A stretch of 64,000 bases of DNA from Nannocystales bacterium (GTDB taxonomy: Bacteria; Myxococcota_A; Polyangia; Nannocystales; Nannocystaceae): contig JBOEGF010000009.1 of assembly GCA_050633305.1 (NCBI GenBank), forward strand, positions 126,314 through 190,313, given 5' to 3'. The translations under genes were made by a program, and so were the position numbers. Each line of letters opens with the position of its first letter. The stretch's first letter is position 1. The notes below the pieces were generated by a model. The model was given only the letters and a program-made list of their open reading frames with translations. It did not search any database and had not been told where the DNA came from. This document shows, one piece after another, positions 18,631 through 28,899 of the stretch.

Positions 18631-20358
18631 CTAGTCCCGGGGCGCCACGCGTTGGGTCTCGCCCCAGCTTGCCGGCTGCCCCAAGGTCGCGAGCTGTGCG
18701 AGCTCGGCAACTGGCGCAAGAGCCTGTCGCGCCATCGCCCGGGCAACCTCGGACCGGGCGATCATCCGGGCCATCGGCGGGGATGCATAGTAGTAGAAGT
18801 CGACCATCGACTTCCCGAGCGGTGATCGCTCGAGGACCCGGTCGCGAACCCATCGCAAGGCCTGAACCTTGTCGTCCCACGGAACGCCGTAGGCCGCGGT
18901 GGCGACGAAACAGAACCCTTCGACGACCGCGAACTCTTGCTGCGGCGTGGTGATGGCCATCGAGGCGACTTCACTGCTGTTGGCGCAGCGGTCCTCGTAC
19001 CGGATGCCGACTTGGTAGTTGGTGGCGCCGAACAGCTCGTCGAGCTCGCACCAGGTGGTGACGCCAGGGGCGAGCGGCTCACCGCAGTCTTCTTCGGCAG
19101 GGACCTGCTGGATCGCGGAGGAGAGGGTGTCCGCGGTGAGGGCCAGATCGCCTTGGCGGTAGAACATCCGGACGGTACCGAGTTCGCCCGAGAGGTCCTC
19201 AGGAACGGTGAAATGCACCCGCACGCGATCGAAGTCGATCGCCTCGATCTCGATGTCACGCAGCGCGGTGAGGGTGGCGTCCTCGCAGCTGCCCCACCCG
19301 GGGTCGTCACCCTGGCCGCCGCCTTCGGTGCCGTGGCTGTAGACACCGAACCGGAACGTTTGCTCGTTGAGCGTGTAGAGCTGAAGGCGATCGGCGCCGC
19401 TGCCGTCCTCGATGCTGATGCTGTCGTCGGGGGGATTGAGCGTGCCCGACTCGCCGGTGAGGTCTCCGTACCCGGCGTAGTGGTCGCTGGAGTTGAAGCC
19501 GGTCATCGTGGGCTCGAACGTCACGTCGTAGACGATCGAGGGCTGCCCCAGGTAGGGGATGCCGAAGCTTGCCAAGCGAGCATCGACGTAGTGGTCGTCC
19601 TCGCGATCGTAGGCCCAGCGGTCGTTCTGGTCGTCTTCGATGTGGATTTCGATCCGGGCGGTGAGCGGCCCGGCGTTGGCGACATCGGCGGGGATCAGAG
19701 CTGTGACGAGTTGCGGTGTGTATCCCGCGGGCGTCGCACGGGTGACGGCGTCGAGGTCGTTGAGGTCGGAGAACGTACGAACATCGGCGTGGTCGTGTTC
19801 GGTCTCGAATTCGACGAGGTCCGAGCGCGGTGGATAGACGCTGGTTTCCTCGGAAAAGCGCCCCTTGTCGGACTGGAACACCGCCGGTGAGGGGCAGGTG
19901 AACGTGTCGGTGGAGATGACTTCGTGCTCGGCCGCGGTAAGCGGTCGACAGAAGTAGGGCTCGGGCGAGCTCGAGTTCTCGTGCCACCCCAGCGAGTTGG
20001 CGTCGGAGGGCTCGTCGTCGTGGAAGACGAGCTTGGGGTAGGTGACGTCCCGGGCATGAGCCCAAACTGGGAGGACGCCTGGTCGGGGGCCGTAGGGGAA
20101 ACGCCAGCTCGAGAGGAAGTCCCAGCGACCCGGTCGGTTGCCGATGCCGAGGGTTCCGGTGGCCTGGGTCACGAAGACGTTCTGGACGAAGTTGCCGTCC
20201 GCGTCTTCGAGCCAGATCGCGATCTGAGCTCCGGGCACGGGCTCGAAGTGAAACTCGAGGAGGGTGTCGCCGTCGGCTGCGGAGGCAAGTGATGGGGTCG
20301 AACCAGCCGCGGCCATGATGCCCACGCTCAACCCGACCCGCAGTGCCGTCCATCGCAT
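18631..20358 (-). CDS. Exported protein with DUF2271-like N-terminus, FN3-like domain and CFI-box-CTERM tail
   Basis: Signal peptide; QIAIWLEDADGNFVQNVFVT; C-terminal GFCFVATAAYG..LRWVRDRVL..GKSMVDFYY..SPPMA. Confidence 0.8.
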   Translation of the reverse strand: MRWTALRVGLSVGIMAAAGSTPSLASAADGDTLLEFHFEPVPGAQIAIWLEDADGNFVQNVFVTQATGTLGIGNRPGRWDFLSSWRFPYGPRPGVLPVWAHARDVTYPKLVFHDDEPSDANSLGWHENSSSPEPYFCRPLTAAEHEVISTDTFTCPSPAVFQSDKGRFSEETSVYPPRSDLVEFETEHDHADVRTFSDLNDLDAVTRATPAGYTPQLVTALIPADVANAGPLTARIEIHIEDDQNDRWAYDREDDHYVDARLASFGIPYLGQPSIVYDVTFEPTMTGFNSSDHYAGYGDLTGESGTLNPPDDSISIEDGSGADRLQLYTLNEQTFRFGVYSHGTEGGGQGDDPGWGSCEDATLTALRDIEIEAIDFDRVRVHFTVPEDLSGELGTVRMFYRQGDLALTADTLSSAIQQVPAEEDCGEPLAPGVTTWCELDELFGATNYQVGIRYEDRCANSSEVASMAITTPQQEFAVVEGFCFVATAAYGVPWDDKVQALRWVRDRVLERSPLGKSMVDFYYYASPPMARMIARSEVARAMARQALAPVAELAQLATLGQPASWGETQRVAPRD

Positions 20359-20519
20359 GGCGGCGAGTATAGCGATGCGACCCCGGAGCGGCCGCTCGAA
20401 TGGTGATTTGCCGGCCGATTCGGCGGGTTTCGGCGGCTGCGGCGCTCGTGCACGTGCCCCAGACCCAACCCTCCCACCGCGATGTTCTGCCGTGTACGCG
20501 GTTGGTAGCCTGTCGGCTC

Positions 20520-21950
20520 GTGTCGCGCTCGTTCCTTGCGTTGGCTCCGTGGAGCCTGGGTTTTGTTCTCGGTTGCTCGCCCGGGCCCGAACCCGCGCAG
20601 GTCCCGGCGAGTGCGCCTGCGCTGCCCGAGCCACCGCCACCACCGCCTCACGGACTTCCCATCGTTTCGTTGGAGGTGGATTGGACGCCCCCGCGTCAGG
20701 TGGCCGGAGACCTGGCCGGGCTCCGCAAGGCTCTACGCTCGTCGTCGGCGATGGGGGTCGCGCGGGTGCAGCGGCGGTTGGACGTGGGGTCCCAGCTCCC
20801 GCGTGCTTTGGCGACCTTGGCTCCGCACACTGCGTGGACCATCGAGCCTTCGGCTTGGGATGCGAGTGTCGAGGGGCGGTTGCCGTTGACTCGCCAGCCC
20901 GCGCCCGTGGGCACGCCACCCACGTACGCGTCCGGCGGCGTGTCCCTCGGGGGCACGGCCGATCGGACGGTGCTCGTGGTGGGCGACGCCGACCTCGATG
21001 TACGGGCCTGGCGGGCGCTGCCTGCGGCCTGGTCGGGGTCGTGCCAGCCGATCTACGACGCCCTCGCACTGAGCCAGGAACAGTCGTTGGCGTACGCGGA
21101 GCCGTTTCTCGACCACGCCGACACCGTGTTGCGCCTGAACTTTCGCGCGGGCCTCGCGGACGTGCTGCCGGACCTCCGCACTGCGCTGGAGCCGTACGCG
21201 TCGCCGGAGCCTCCGGCGGAGGCAACGTCGGACGAGCGGCAGACGCATGCCTGCGGTCGTGCCCAGTACCTGCGGGTCGAGGCCGCTGCGACGTGCCTGC
21301 AAGGAAATCGGTGTGAAGCGGGTCCACGGGTCGTCCTTCGCGGCGGCGTAGCCGTGGCGATGTCGGCTCCGCAATGGGCTCCGGACGATTGCGAGGAGAG
21401 GATCGAAACGGATGTAGAAGCTGTCCTGACGACGGCGGCCACCAAGGCGACCGTCGCTACGGTGTCGCAGCTGGAGCCGCAGTGGGTCACCTTGGTCGAC
21501 CGCGTCGGGGCGATGGGCGCGGTCTACGAAGCGCTCGAGGACCTCTGCTCTCCGCGTCGGCGTCGCTTCGCCGACGAGGACCTGGTGGATGCGCGAGCGC
21601 GCTTGGGCCGGGTCGAGCGAGCGCTAGGCTCCGATGCGCTCGACGAGTCGGGGCGGTGGGACGTGGATGTGGGCTCGATGTTTGTGCCCGGTGCGGGTCC
21701 CGTCACGACGCTCGCGCGGTTTGTTCCCGCGGAGGGGGGCGGCGCGCAGACGGCCGTCGCCGAGGCCAAGGGGGTCCGGCGGTTCTTGCTGTCCCGGTCC
21801 CTGTGTCGCTCGGGCTACGGAGACCTCCCGCTTGCCGTCGCGGTGTTCGACCCGGACCAAGCCGAGGCCAAGCATTTCACCTACGTCTACGAAGAGACGC
21901 TGTTTTGTGCCGACTTGGCGCTGCCGTTGCCCGCTGCCACTGCGGATTGA
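20520..21950 (+). CDS. Hypothetical lipoprotein
   Basis: FVLGC lipobox, Pro linker, protein-like composition; start is a best guess. Confidence 0.65.
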   Translation: MSRSFLALAPWSLGFVLGCSPGPEPAQVPASAPALPEPPPPPPHGLPIVSLEVDWTPPRQVAGDLAGLRKALRSSSAMGVARVQRRLDVGSQLPRALATLAPHTAWTIEPSAWDASVEGRLPLTRQPAPVGTPPTYASGGVSLGGTADRTVLVVGDADLDVRAWRALPAAWSGSCQPIYDALALSQEQSLAYAEPFLDHADTVLRLNFRAGLADVLPDLRTALEPYASPEPPAEATSDERQTHACGRAQYLRVEAAATCLQGNRCEAGPRVVLRGGVAVAMSAPQWAPDDCEERIETDVEAVLTTAATKATVATVSQLEPQWVTLVDRVGAMGAVYEALEDLCSPRRRRFADEDLVDARARLGRVERALGSDALDESGRWDVDVGSMFVPGAGPVTTLARFVPAEGGGAQTAVAEAKGVRRFLLSRSLCRSGYGDLPLAVAVFDPDQAEAKHFTYVYEETLFCADLALPLPAATAD

Positions 21951-23365
21951 CGACGGCGCAAGAGGAGCTTCCAAGCGCCCCATCCCAGCAGCGCATAGCT
22001 CTCCATGGCCAGGACGATGAGGACAAAATCGTAGGGCATGCGGAAGCGGGTGCCTCCGAAGAAGATCGCCGATTGCAGCATGAGTGCGAGAATCTGGACG
22101 GTGAGCAGACCGCGCTTGGCGGCACGACGGCCCGGCACCACGACCCACAGCAGCCCGAGCCACGAAGGCACCATCAGCCACAGCAGGACCTGGTCGTTCC
22201 ACCACTTGGCGACGGGTCGCCAGTGCTTGGGCCCGGAGTCCGGCCACGGGATGTTGTGGAACCACAACAGCGACAGGTTGTCCCACGAGTAGGCGACCTG
22301 CTGGCCCCAGCCGGTCTTCTCGATGCAGCGCCGGATGTACTCGTGGTGCTGCCGCTTGTCGCCGATGTAGCCCTTGTAGCTAAACGTATCGCCGAACGCA
22401 GCGTTCATGCGCATGCCCGGCTCGACCTGCTCTCGCCGGGCTGCGTTCTCGGCGTTGACGACCTGAAGCAGCGGGGGCGGTCGGAAGTGGACCTTGCCGT
22501 GGCCTTTGCCGTCGGGGAGCGACTCGATCCGCGAGTTGTGGCACCGGCCCATGACCAGGTTGAAGCTCCCGTTCTCGGAGATCAGACCCCAGCGGTCGGT
22601 GTTGTGGTGCAGGTGGACGACGCCTGCGAGCAGGCACATCCCCAGCGGGACCGCGGAGAGCAGGAGATGGGTGAACTTGATCTTAAAAAGAGCCTTGCGC
22701 CGAATGATCCAGTAGATCCCGACGAACGCCGCCGAGAGCAGGATCTGAGGTCGGAACAGGGCGCCGACGCCTGCAAAGAGACCGAGCAGCAGGGCGTCGC
22801 GGCGGCGACCCTCGTCGGCCATGCGGACCACCGCCAAGACGGCCCCTGTTAGACACAGGCAAAACGGCGTCTCGGAGAGGATGTACCCTCCGTTGGAGAA
22901 GTGCGGGTAGTACAGGATCCCGATCAAACCCACCGCCGGCGGCACGACGGGGAAGGGGCTGACCCGGCGCGCGATCGCGTAGGCCATGGCGACCGAGATG
23001 GCGCCCATCACCGCGTACCAGACGCTGATCGCCGGATCGAGGTCGTCGAAGAGCCACAAGACCCCGGCGACCATCCAGTGGGTCGCGAAGGGGAAGAACG
23101 CCGAGTACTCGTGCGGCTTGGAGAAATCGCGCAACAGCCGCTCCGCCCGCTGTACGTACCCGTTCATGTCCGAGTACACGTAGTCCCCGAGCGGATGGAC
23201 CTCGAGGTTCCAGTGCAGGCGGACCGCGAGTGCGCCCAGAAAGATGCACAGCAGCCATCGTTGGGTCCACAGCCAGGCGAAGACGCGGGCAGACCAACCC
23301 TTGGAGTGCGAATCCGCCACGCTGGGAAGGACCGACGGTGGGATCGATGGGGGGAGACGGGACAA
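21887..23365 (-). CDS. GT-C fold polytopic glycosyltransferase (ArnT/PMT-like)
   Basis: About 10 TM helices; YSDMNGY, ILSETPF, LFRP and RFRMP motifs. Confidence 0.75.
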   Translation of the reverse strand: MSRLPPSIPPSVLPSVADSHSKGWSARVFAWLWTQRWLLCIFLGALAVRLHWNLEVHPLGDYVYSDMNGYVQRAERLLRDFSKPHEYSAFFPFATHWMVAGVLWLFDDLDPAISVWYAVMGAISVAMAYAIARRVSPFPVVPPAVGLIGILYYPHFSNGGYILSETPFCLCLTGAVLAVVRMADEGRRRDALLLGLFAGVGALFRPQILLSAAFVGIYWIIRRKALFKIKFTHLLLSAVPLGMCLLAGVVHLHHNTDRWGLISENGSFNLVMGRCHNSRIESLPDGKGHGKVHFRPPPLLQVVNAENAARREQVEPGMRMNAAFGDTFSYKGYIGDKRQHHEYIRRCIEKTGWGQQVAYSWDNLSLLWFHNIPWPDSGPKHWRPVAKWWNDQVLLWLMVPSWLGLLWVVVPGRRAAKRGLLTVQILALMLQSAIFFGGTRFRMPYDFVLIVLAMESYALLGWGAWKLLLRRRQSAVAAGNGSAKSAQNSVSS

Positions 23366-23458
23366 GGCGACTAAGTTAGGCGGGAGTGGTACCGCGACTT
23401 GAGGGGCAGCGCCAGCGCTGGGCTCACGTCCAGCCGATGCTCAGGTATCGTCGGGGTG

Positions 23459-25822
23459 ATGGGCACGGGCAGAGGGTGGGCGGGGCTGGTGGTCACGGCG
23501 CTTCTGGGGGCCTGCAGCGCCGATCCTTCGGCCGCGGCTTGGGACCCGCAGGACACGGACCCCTCACCCACCACCGCCACGTCCTCCGACCCCTCCACCA
23601 GTCCAGGGCCGACGTCCGGTTCAACCACCGGTTCGACCGCCGGTTCGTCCGATCCTGACAGTAGCGACGCGTCGACGGGCGAGCCGCCCGATGACCCCGG
23701 TGATCCCTTCGACCCGGTGCCCGAGCCGGAGCCGTTGGACGACGCAACCGTTGCGGGGCTGAGCGCGACGCTCGCGGGCATCCTCGATGGCGGCGCCCTT
23801 GGCAGCGCGACCGTCGGTGCTTTGGTCGTGGATCTCGAGACCGAGCAGGTGTTGTTCGAGCGCAGCGCCGACACCGTCCTGGTGCCGGCGTCCAACACCA
23901 AGATGTTCACGACAGCGGCGATGCTCGACATCCTGGGGCCGGATACGCGGATCGAGACGGAGGTCTTCGCGGACTCGGAGCCCGATGGCGCCGGCGTCGT
24001 TGCGGGCGACCTCCACTTGATGGGCCGGCATGACGTGTCGTGGTCGACCGACTTTTACGGTGGCGCACGCGAACCGCTGGACCGGATCGCGGACCTGCTC
24101 TACGACGCCGGGGTTCGAACGATCACCGGTGACATCATCGCTCGTGGGGAGTTCATGTTCGGCGGCGCGTCTTTGGGGACCTACAACGCGGCCAGCTATC
24201 GGGCGACGGCGGCGACCCGGTTCCAAGAGGCGCTGGTGGGCGCGGGGATCACCGTGCAAGGCACGACCGCGAGCAGTCCCGACTTCGACCCCCCGGCGGG
24301 ATCCCGCGCACTACTGACGTGGCGTTCTCCTCCGCTGAGCTCCATGGCTGTGCCGATCAACGTACGCAGTCACAACGAGTTTGCCGACATCTGGTTGCGG
24401 CATCTGGGGTGGGCGCTCGAGGGCGAGAGCACGTACACCGCGGGCGGTGCGGCGGTCGTGGACTGGATGCCTTCACTTCCGACCGACAACGCGGGGGCGG
24501 CCTGGAACGATGGCTCGGGACTGAGTCATGGCAACCGCACCTCGGCACGCAACATCGTGGATTTGCTGCGGGCCATGGAGGGGTCCGCCCAAGCCGACCG
24601 TTGGATGCGCTCGATGTCGGTCGCCGGAGTGCGCGGAACCCTGGGAGGACGAATGACCGGGGCGAGTACCGCCGGCCGCTTCTGGGGCAAGACCGGAACC
24701 CTGCCGTCGATCGGGGTGGTCGCGGTCAGTGGACTCCTCTTCCACGGCGATGACGGGCGGCGTTACGCAGTGTCGTTGCTGTTCAACGGCGTCCCCAACG
24801 TGACCTCCGCGCGGGGCGTACAGGACCAGTTCATCACCGCACTTGCGGCGAATCACCACGGGGTGGCTCGGCTGCCTGGACCCGAGCTGATCTCGACCCG
24901 CGCCGCGGCCTCGGACGTGGTCGAGTTGGCGTGGACCTCCGTCGAAGGGGCCGAGGGCTACGCGGTCTGGTTCAGCGACGACGCAGAACATTGGGATCCT
25001 CAGAACGCTCGCCGCGTGGATGGCACGGAGCATCGCGCGGGGGAGCTTCCCTTTGCAGGCGATGTCTTCGTGCGAGTGACCGCATTCACCGAGGATGCCG
25101 GCGTCACCCACTCCAAGTCCTCGGACGTGTACGGCTCCTCGGCGGCGGCTGGGCCCGCCCGGGTCTTGGTGGTCGACGGGCACGAACGCTGGCAGGCCCA
25201 ACGGGTGGTCGAGAACCCACGCGCGGTGGGCCACAACTTCGTGGTGCGGTATGCCGAAGCCTTGGAGCCCACGTTCGACACCGCGTCGGCCCAGGCGGTT
25301 GGAGACGAGCGCGTGGCGCTCTCGGACTATGACGTTGTCTTGTGGATGCTCGGTGAGGAGAGCGACGCGCATCTGAGCTTCGACGACCTCGAGCAGGATG
25401 TCCTCTCGTCCTACGTCGAGGCCGGCGGCGCGGTCATGGTGTCGGGGTCCGAGTTCGCGTACGACCTCGGCGCGTTGGGAACGCCGGAGGACACCGCGTT
25501 TCTCGCCGACGTCCTGCACGTCGCCTACTCCGGCGACGATGCCGCGACATGGTGGCTTCACGATGGGCAGGGAGCGCTGCAAGGTGCGCCGGTGCTTGGC
25601 TTCTCGACCCGGGATGCGATCGTTGTCGACTTTCCCGACCAGCTCAACCCCGTCGGTGGCGGTGCTGCTGCGCTTTCATACTTCGGCGGTGTGGGCGGGA
25701 CCGCGGCAGTGTCTTGGTCGGGGACGGGTTCGACGTTCGCACTCGGTGTGCCCTTCGAGTCGATCGAAGGTGTGGCGGACCGCACCTGGCTCTTGGACCA
25801 GGTGCTCGCCGCGCTGCAGTGA
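23459..25822 (+). CDS. dacB: S13/PBP4-like D-Ala-D-Ala carboxy/endopeptidase lipoprotein with C-terminal FN3-like and alpha/beta domains
   Basis: LLGAC lipobox; PASNTK (SxxK), SHNEFA (SxN), DGSGLS, GKTGTL (KTG); ~300-aa C-terminal extension. Confidence 0.85.
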   Translation: MGTGRGWAGLVVTALLGACSADPSAAAWDPQDTDPSPTTATSSDPSTSPGPTSGSTTGSTAGSSDPDSSDASTGEPPDDPGDPFDPVPEPEPLDDATVAGLSATLAGILDGGALGSATVGALVVDLETEQVLFERSADTVLVPASNTKMFTTAAMLDILGPDTRIETEVFADSEPDGAGVVAGDLHLMGRHDVSWSTDFYGGAREPLDRIADLLYDAGVRTITGDIIARGEFMFGGASLGTYNAASYRATAATRFQEALVGAGITVQGTTASSPDFDPPAGSRALLTWRSPPLSSMAVPINVRSHNEFADIWLRHLGWALEGESTYTAGGAAVVDWMPSLPTDNAGAAWNDGSGLSHGNRTSARNIVDLLRAMEGSAQADRWMRSMSVAGVRGTLGGRMTGASTAGRFWGKTGTLPSIGVVAVSGLLFHGDDGRRYAVSLLFNGVPNVTSARGVQDQFITALAANHHGVARLPGPELISTRAAASDVVELAWTSVEGAEGYAVWFSDDAEHWDPQNARRVDGTEHRAGELPFAGDVFVRVTAFTEDAGVTHSKSSDVYGSSAAAGPARVLVVDGHERWQAQRVVENPRAVGHNFVVRYAEALEPTFDTASAQAVGDERVALSDYDVVLWMLGEESDAHLSFDDLEQDVLSSYVEAGGAVMVSGSEFAYDLGALGTPEDTAFLADVLHVAYSGDDAATWWLHDGQGALQGAPVLGFSTRDAIVVDFPDQLNPVGGGAAALSYFGGVGGTAAVSWSGTGSTFALGVPFESIEGVADRTWLLDQVLAALQ

Positions 25823-25860
25823 CATTGCGGTGATCCACCGCGGCTGATATTTCGGCCAGC

Positions 25861-28800
25861 ATGCGCCTGCATCGGGTCTTGCTGGGTCTTTCGCTCGTGG
25901 TCGCCTCGGGTTGTCGGGGGAGCGATACCGCCGTTCCAGACGTCGCACCGACACCGGGCAAGGTGGCAACCGTCGACGCTGCTCCGGTGTTGTCGGTCGA
26001 CGAAATCTTGGCTGGCAGTGACCTGCCCGATCCTCTGGAGCAGCCGATGCCCAGCGATCCGATGGGGGTGAGCATTCACCGGCTGAGTAACGGGCTCACC
26101 GTTTACATCAGCACCGACCGACAACAGCCGCGTTTCACCGCGTGGGTGGGGGTGCGGGCGGGCAGCAGGATGGACCCTGCGGAGTCGACCGGGCTCGCGC
26201 ACTACCTCGAGCACATGCTCTTCAAGGGCACCGATGAGTTCGGCACCCTCGACATGGAGGCGGAGCAGCCCCACATCGATGCGGTCCAGGAGCTGTACCG
26301 GCAACTCCGCGCCACGGATGACCCAGGCCAGCGGACGACGATTCTCGCCAAGATCGATAGCGAGACCCAGGCTCAGGGCAAGTTCGCGATCCCCAACGAG
26401 ATCGATCGCATGTACGCGACGATCGGGCTCGAGGGGGTCAACGCGTACACCAGCGACGAGGAGACGGTCTACATCGGCAGTGTGCCGAGCAACCGACTGG
26501 AGCAGTGGGCGACGATCGAAGCCGAGCGCTATACCGACCCCGTCTACCGACTGTTTTGGCCCGAACTGGAGGCGGTGTATGAGGAGAAAAACCTGGACCT
26601 CGACTCGCCGAACTCCCGGGTGTGGCGCGCGATGCTGTCGGGTCTGTTCCCACAGCACCCCTACGGAACACAGACAACGATCGGAGAGGTCGAGCACCTC
26701 AAGTCGCCGGCCTACGACGACATGGCTGCGTACTTCGAGCAGTGGTACGCCCCCAACAACATGGCGATTGTGCTCGCCGGGGACATCGACGCGAAACAGG
26801 CTGTCCCCGTCCTGGAGCAGGCGTTTGGCCATCTGAAGCCTCGGGCTCTGCCGACGCCGGCGCCGGGAGCACTTCCTGCGGTCGGGGAGCGCAGGATGAC
26901 CGAGGTGCTCGGCGATGGAGAACCCGGGGTTCGCATCGCATGGAAAACTGTCCCTGTGGGGCATGCGGACGAGCCCGCGCTGACCGTGTTGGACCGGGTC
27001 CTCGATGACGCCAGTGTCGGCCTGCTCAATACGCGTCTCGAGCTCACTCAAAAACTCCCCGCGGTCGGCTCTGGCCACAGCACGATGAACGAGGCGGGCT
27101 ACTTCTACACCTGGGCACAGGCTCGCGAAGAGCAGAGCCTCGAGGAGGTCGAGGCGATGATGCGCGAGGTGGTGGACGCAGTCCGAAGCGGCGCCATCAA
27201 GGATGCCGATGTTGCCGCCGCGAAGCTGCATTGGAGCCTGGCTCACAAACAGGGGCTGGAGTCCGCGGGCTCTCGCGCGAGCCGCATGATGGATGCGTTC
27301 ATCACCCACCGCGCTTGGACGGACGCGGTCGGCACGGCGGAGGCGGTGGCCGCCGTGACCCGTGAGGACGTGATGCGGGTCGCCAACAAGTACCTGGCAC
27401 AGGGCACCGTGGTAGTGTTCAAGCGCAAGGGCCAACCCGAGCTCCCCAAACTCGGCAAGCCCGCGATCACCCCGGTCGACATCGACCCGTCACGCAAGAG
27501 CCCGTTTGCGGAGCGGATCGAGGCCATGGAAGCTCCGGACCTCACTCCGGTGTGGGCCGAACAGGGCACCGACTACGAGCGCCGTACGCTCCCCGGCGGA
27601 GAGCTGATCGCGGTGAAGAACCCGCGCAACGACCTGTTTAGCGTGACGATTCAGATGAAGCGGGGCTATCGGAAGGCGCCGCTGCTCTGTTACGCGCTCG
27701 ACCTGTTCGAACTCTCCGGTCGCGGCGAGACCCCTGCAGCGGACCTGCAGAAGGAACTCTACGCCCTGGGCTCGTCGGTGTGGACCTCATGCGATGCGGA
27801 GTACAGCGCGATCAACCTCCGTGGGGTCGAGAGCAATCTGGAGGCGACGCTGGCCCTGGTCACCGCGTGGATCGACGACCCGACGTTTAGCCCCGAGCTC
27901 CAAGCCGCCCACCTCGACAACACGCTCAGCTCTCGCAAGGACCAGCTCGACCAGGACCGATACCTGACCTCTGCGTTGGACGCGTACGCCAAGTACGGGG
28001 AGCGGTCCGCATGGACGCTGCAGCCCTCCAACGCGAAGCTCGCAGCGGCGAAACCTGCGGTGCTTCGAAGCTTGATCCGCACGGTGCTCGACGTTCGTGG
28101 GCGGACGCTCTACTTCGGAACCCGGTCCGTGGACGATGCTGCGGCTGTACTGGGGCGTTCCAAAACCTCGAAGGGCCGCTCCCGTTTCCGAGATCCGGGC
28201 GACGTTTGGGTTCGGGAGTTTCGGGACCTCGAGGCGCCGACCGTGTACTTCCTGGACAAGGAGGTCGCAAAGGCCAGTGTTCGTTTCGCTTTCCCGGCAG
28301 GGGCCCTGGCCCGCGAGGACCGGCCGCTGGCCAAGCTCTACACGCAGGTGCTCAGCGGCAACATGAGTGCCGCGGTGTTCCAAGAGCTTCGGGAGTCCAG
28401 CGGACTGGCGTACTCGGCCTACGCTCGTGTGAGCGAGGGCCGGACTCCGAAGGATGCGTCCGCGCTGTTCGGCTCTCTGAGCACCCAGAACGACAAGACC
28501 CCGGAGGCGGTTGCGCGATTCATGTCGCTCCTACGGTCGCCGCCGTTGTCCGAGGCCCGGGTCGAAGAGGCCCGGGAGGCCCTCGATCTCGAGTACCGAG
28601 CCACGCGGTTGGACCCTCGTTGGCTCGGCTGGACCGTGGTCTCTTGGGATGAGATGGGGGAGGCCGCGGATCCCCGAGCCTGGGAGTGGGGGCAACTGGC
28701 CAAGGCCGACATCGCGACGTTGGAGCGATTCGCCAAGGCGTGGGTCGAGGCCCCGGTGGTGTTTGCGGTGGTCGCCGAGCGCGAAAGGGTGGGAATGGAG

Positions 28801-28899
28801 GCTCTGCGGGCCCTTGGAGAGGTGAAAGAGGTCCGAGCTGAAACGCTTTTCGGGTACGGAGCGTTCCCCACTGACTCCAAGAAATCCGCGGCCCGATGA
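25861..28899 (+). CDS. M16 family (insulinase) zinc peptidase, probable lipoprotein
   Basis: LSNGL, GLAHYLEHMLFKG (HxxEH), NAYTS, WYAPNNM. Confidence 0.93.
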   Translation: MRLHRVLLGLSLVVASGCRGSDTAVPDVAPTPGKVATVDAAPVLSVDEILAGSDLPDPLEQPMPSDPMGVSIHRLSNGLTVYISTDRQQPRFTAWVGVRAGSRMDPAESTGLAHYLEHMLFKGTDEFGTLDMEAEQPHIDAVQELYRQLRATDDPGQRTTILAKIDSETQAQGKFAIPNEIDRMYATIGLEGVNAYTSDEETVYIGSVPSNRLEQWATIEAERYTDPVYRLFWPELEAVYEEKNLDLDSPNSRVWRAMLSGLFPQHPYGTQTTIGEVEHLKSPAYDDMAAYFEQWYAPNNMAIVLAGDIDAKQAVPVLEQAFGHLKPRALPTPAPGALPAVGERRMTEVLGDGEPGVRIAWKTVPVGHADEPALTVLDRVLDDASVGLLNTRLELTQKLPAVGSGHSTMNEAGYFYTWAQAREEQSLEEVEAMMREVVDAVRSGAIKDADVAAAKLHWSLAHKQGLESAGSRASRMMDAFITHRAWTDAVGTAEAVAAVTREDVMRVANKYLAQGTVVVFKRKGQPELPKLGKPAITPVDIDPSRKSPFAERIEAMEAPDLTPVWAEQGTDYERRTLPGGELIAVKNPRNDLFSVTIQMKRGYRKAPLLCYALDLFELSGRGETPAADLQKELYALGSSVWTSCDAEYSAINLRGVESNLEATLALVTAWIDDPTFSPELQAAHLDNTLSSRKDQLDQDRYLTSALDAYAKYGERSAWTLQPSNAKLAAAKPAVLRSLIRTVLDVRGRTLYFGTRSVDDAAAVLGRSKTSKGRSRFRDPGDVWVREFRDLEAPTVYFLDKEVAKASVRFAFPAGALAREDRPLAKLYTQVLSGNMSAAVFQELRESSGLAYSAYARVSEGRTPKDASALFGSLSTQNDKTPEAVARFMSLLRSPPLSEARVEEAREALDLEYRATRLDPRWLGWTVVSWDEMGEAADPRAWEWGQLAKADIATLERFAKAWVEAPVVFAVVAERERVGMEALRALGEVKEVRAETLFGYGAFPTDSKKSAAR

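Noticed and set aside
20359..21327. N-terminal extension making the CFI-box protein 898 aa
   Set aside because: Arg/Pro-rich shadow of the opposite-strand gene; a signal peptide begins at Met 20358
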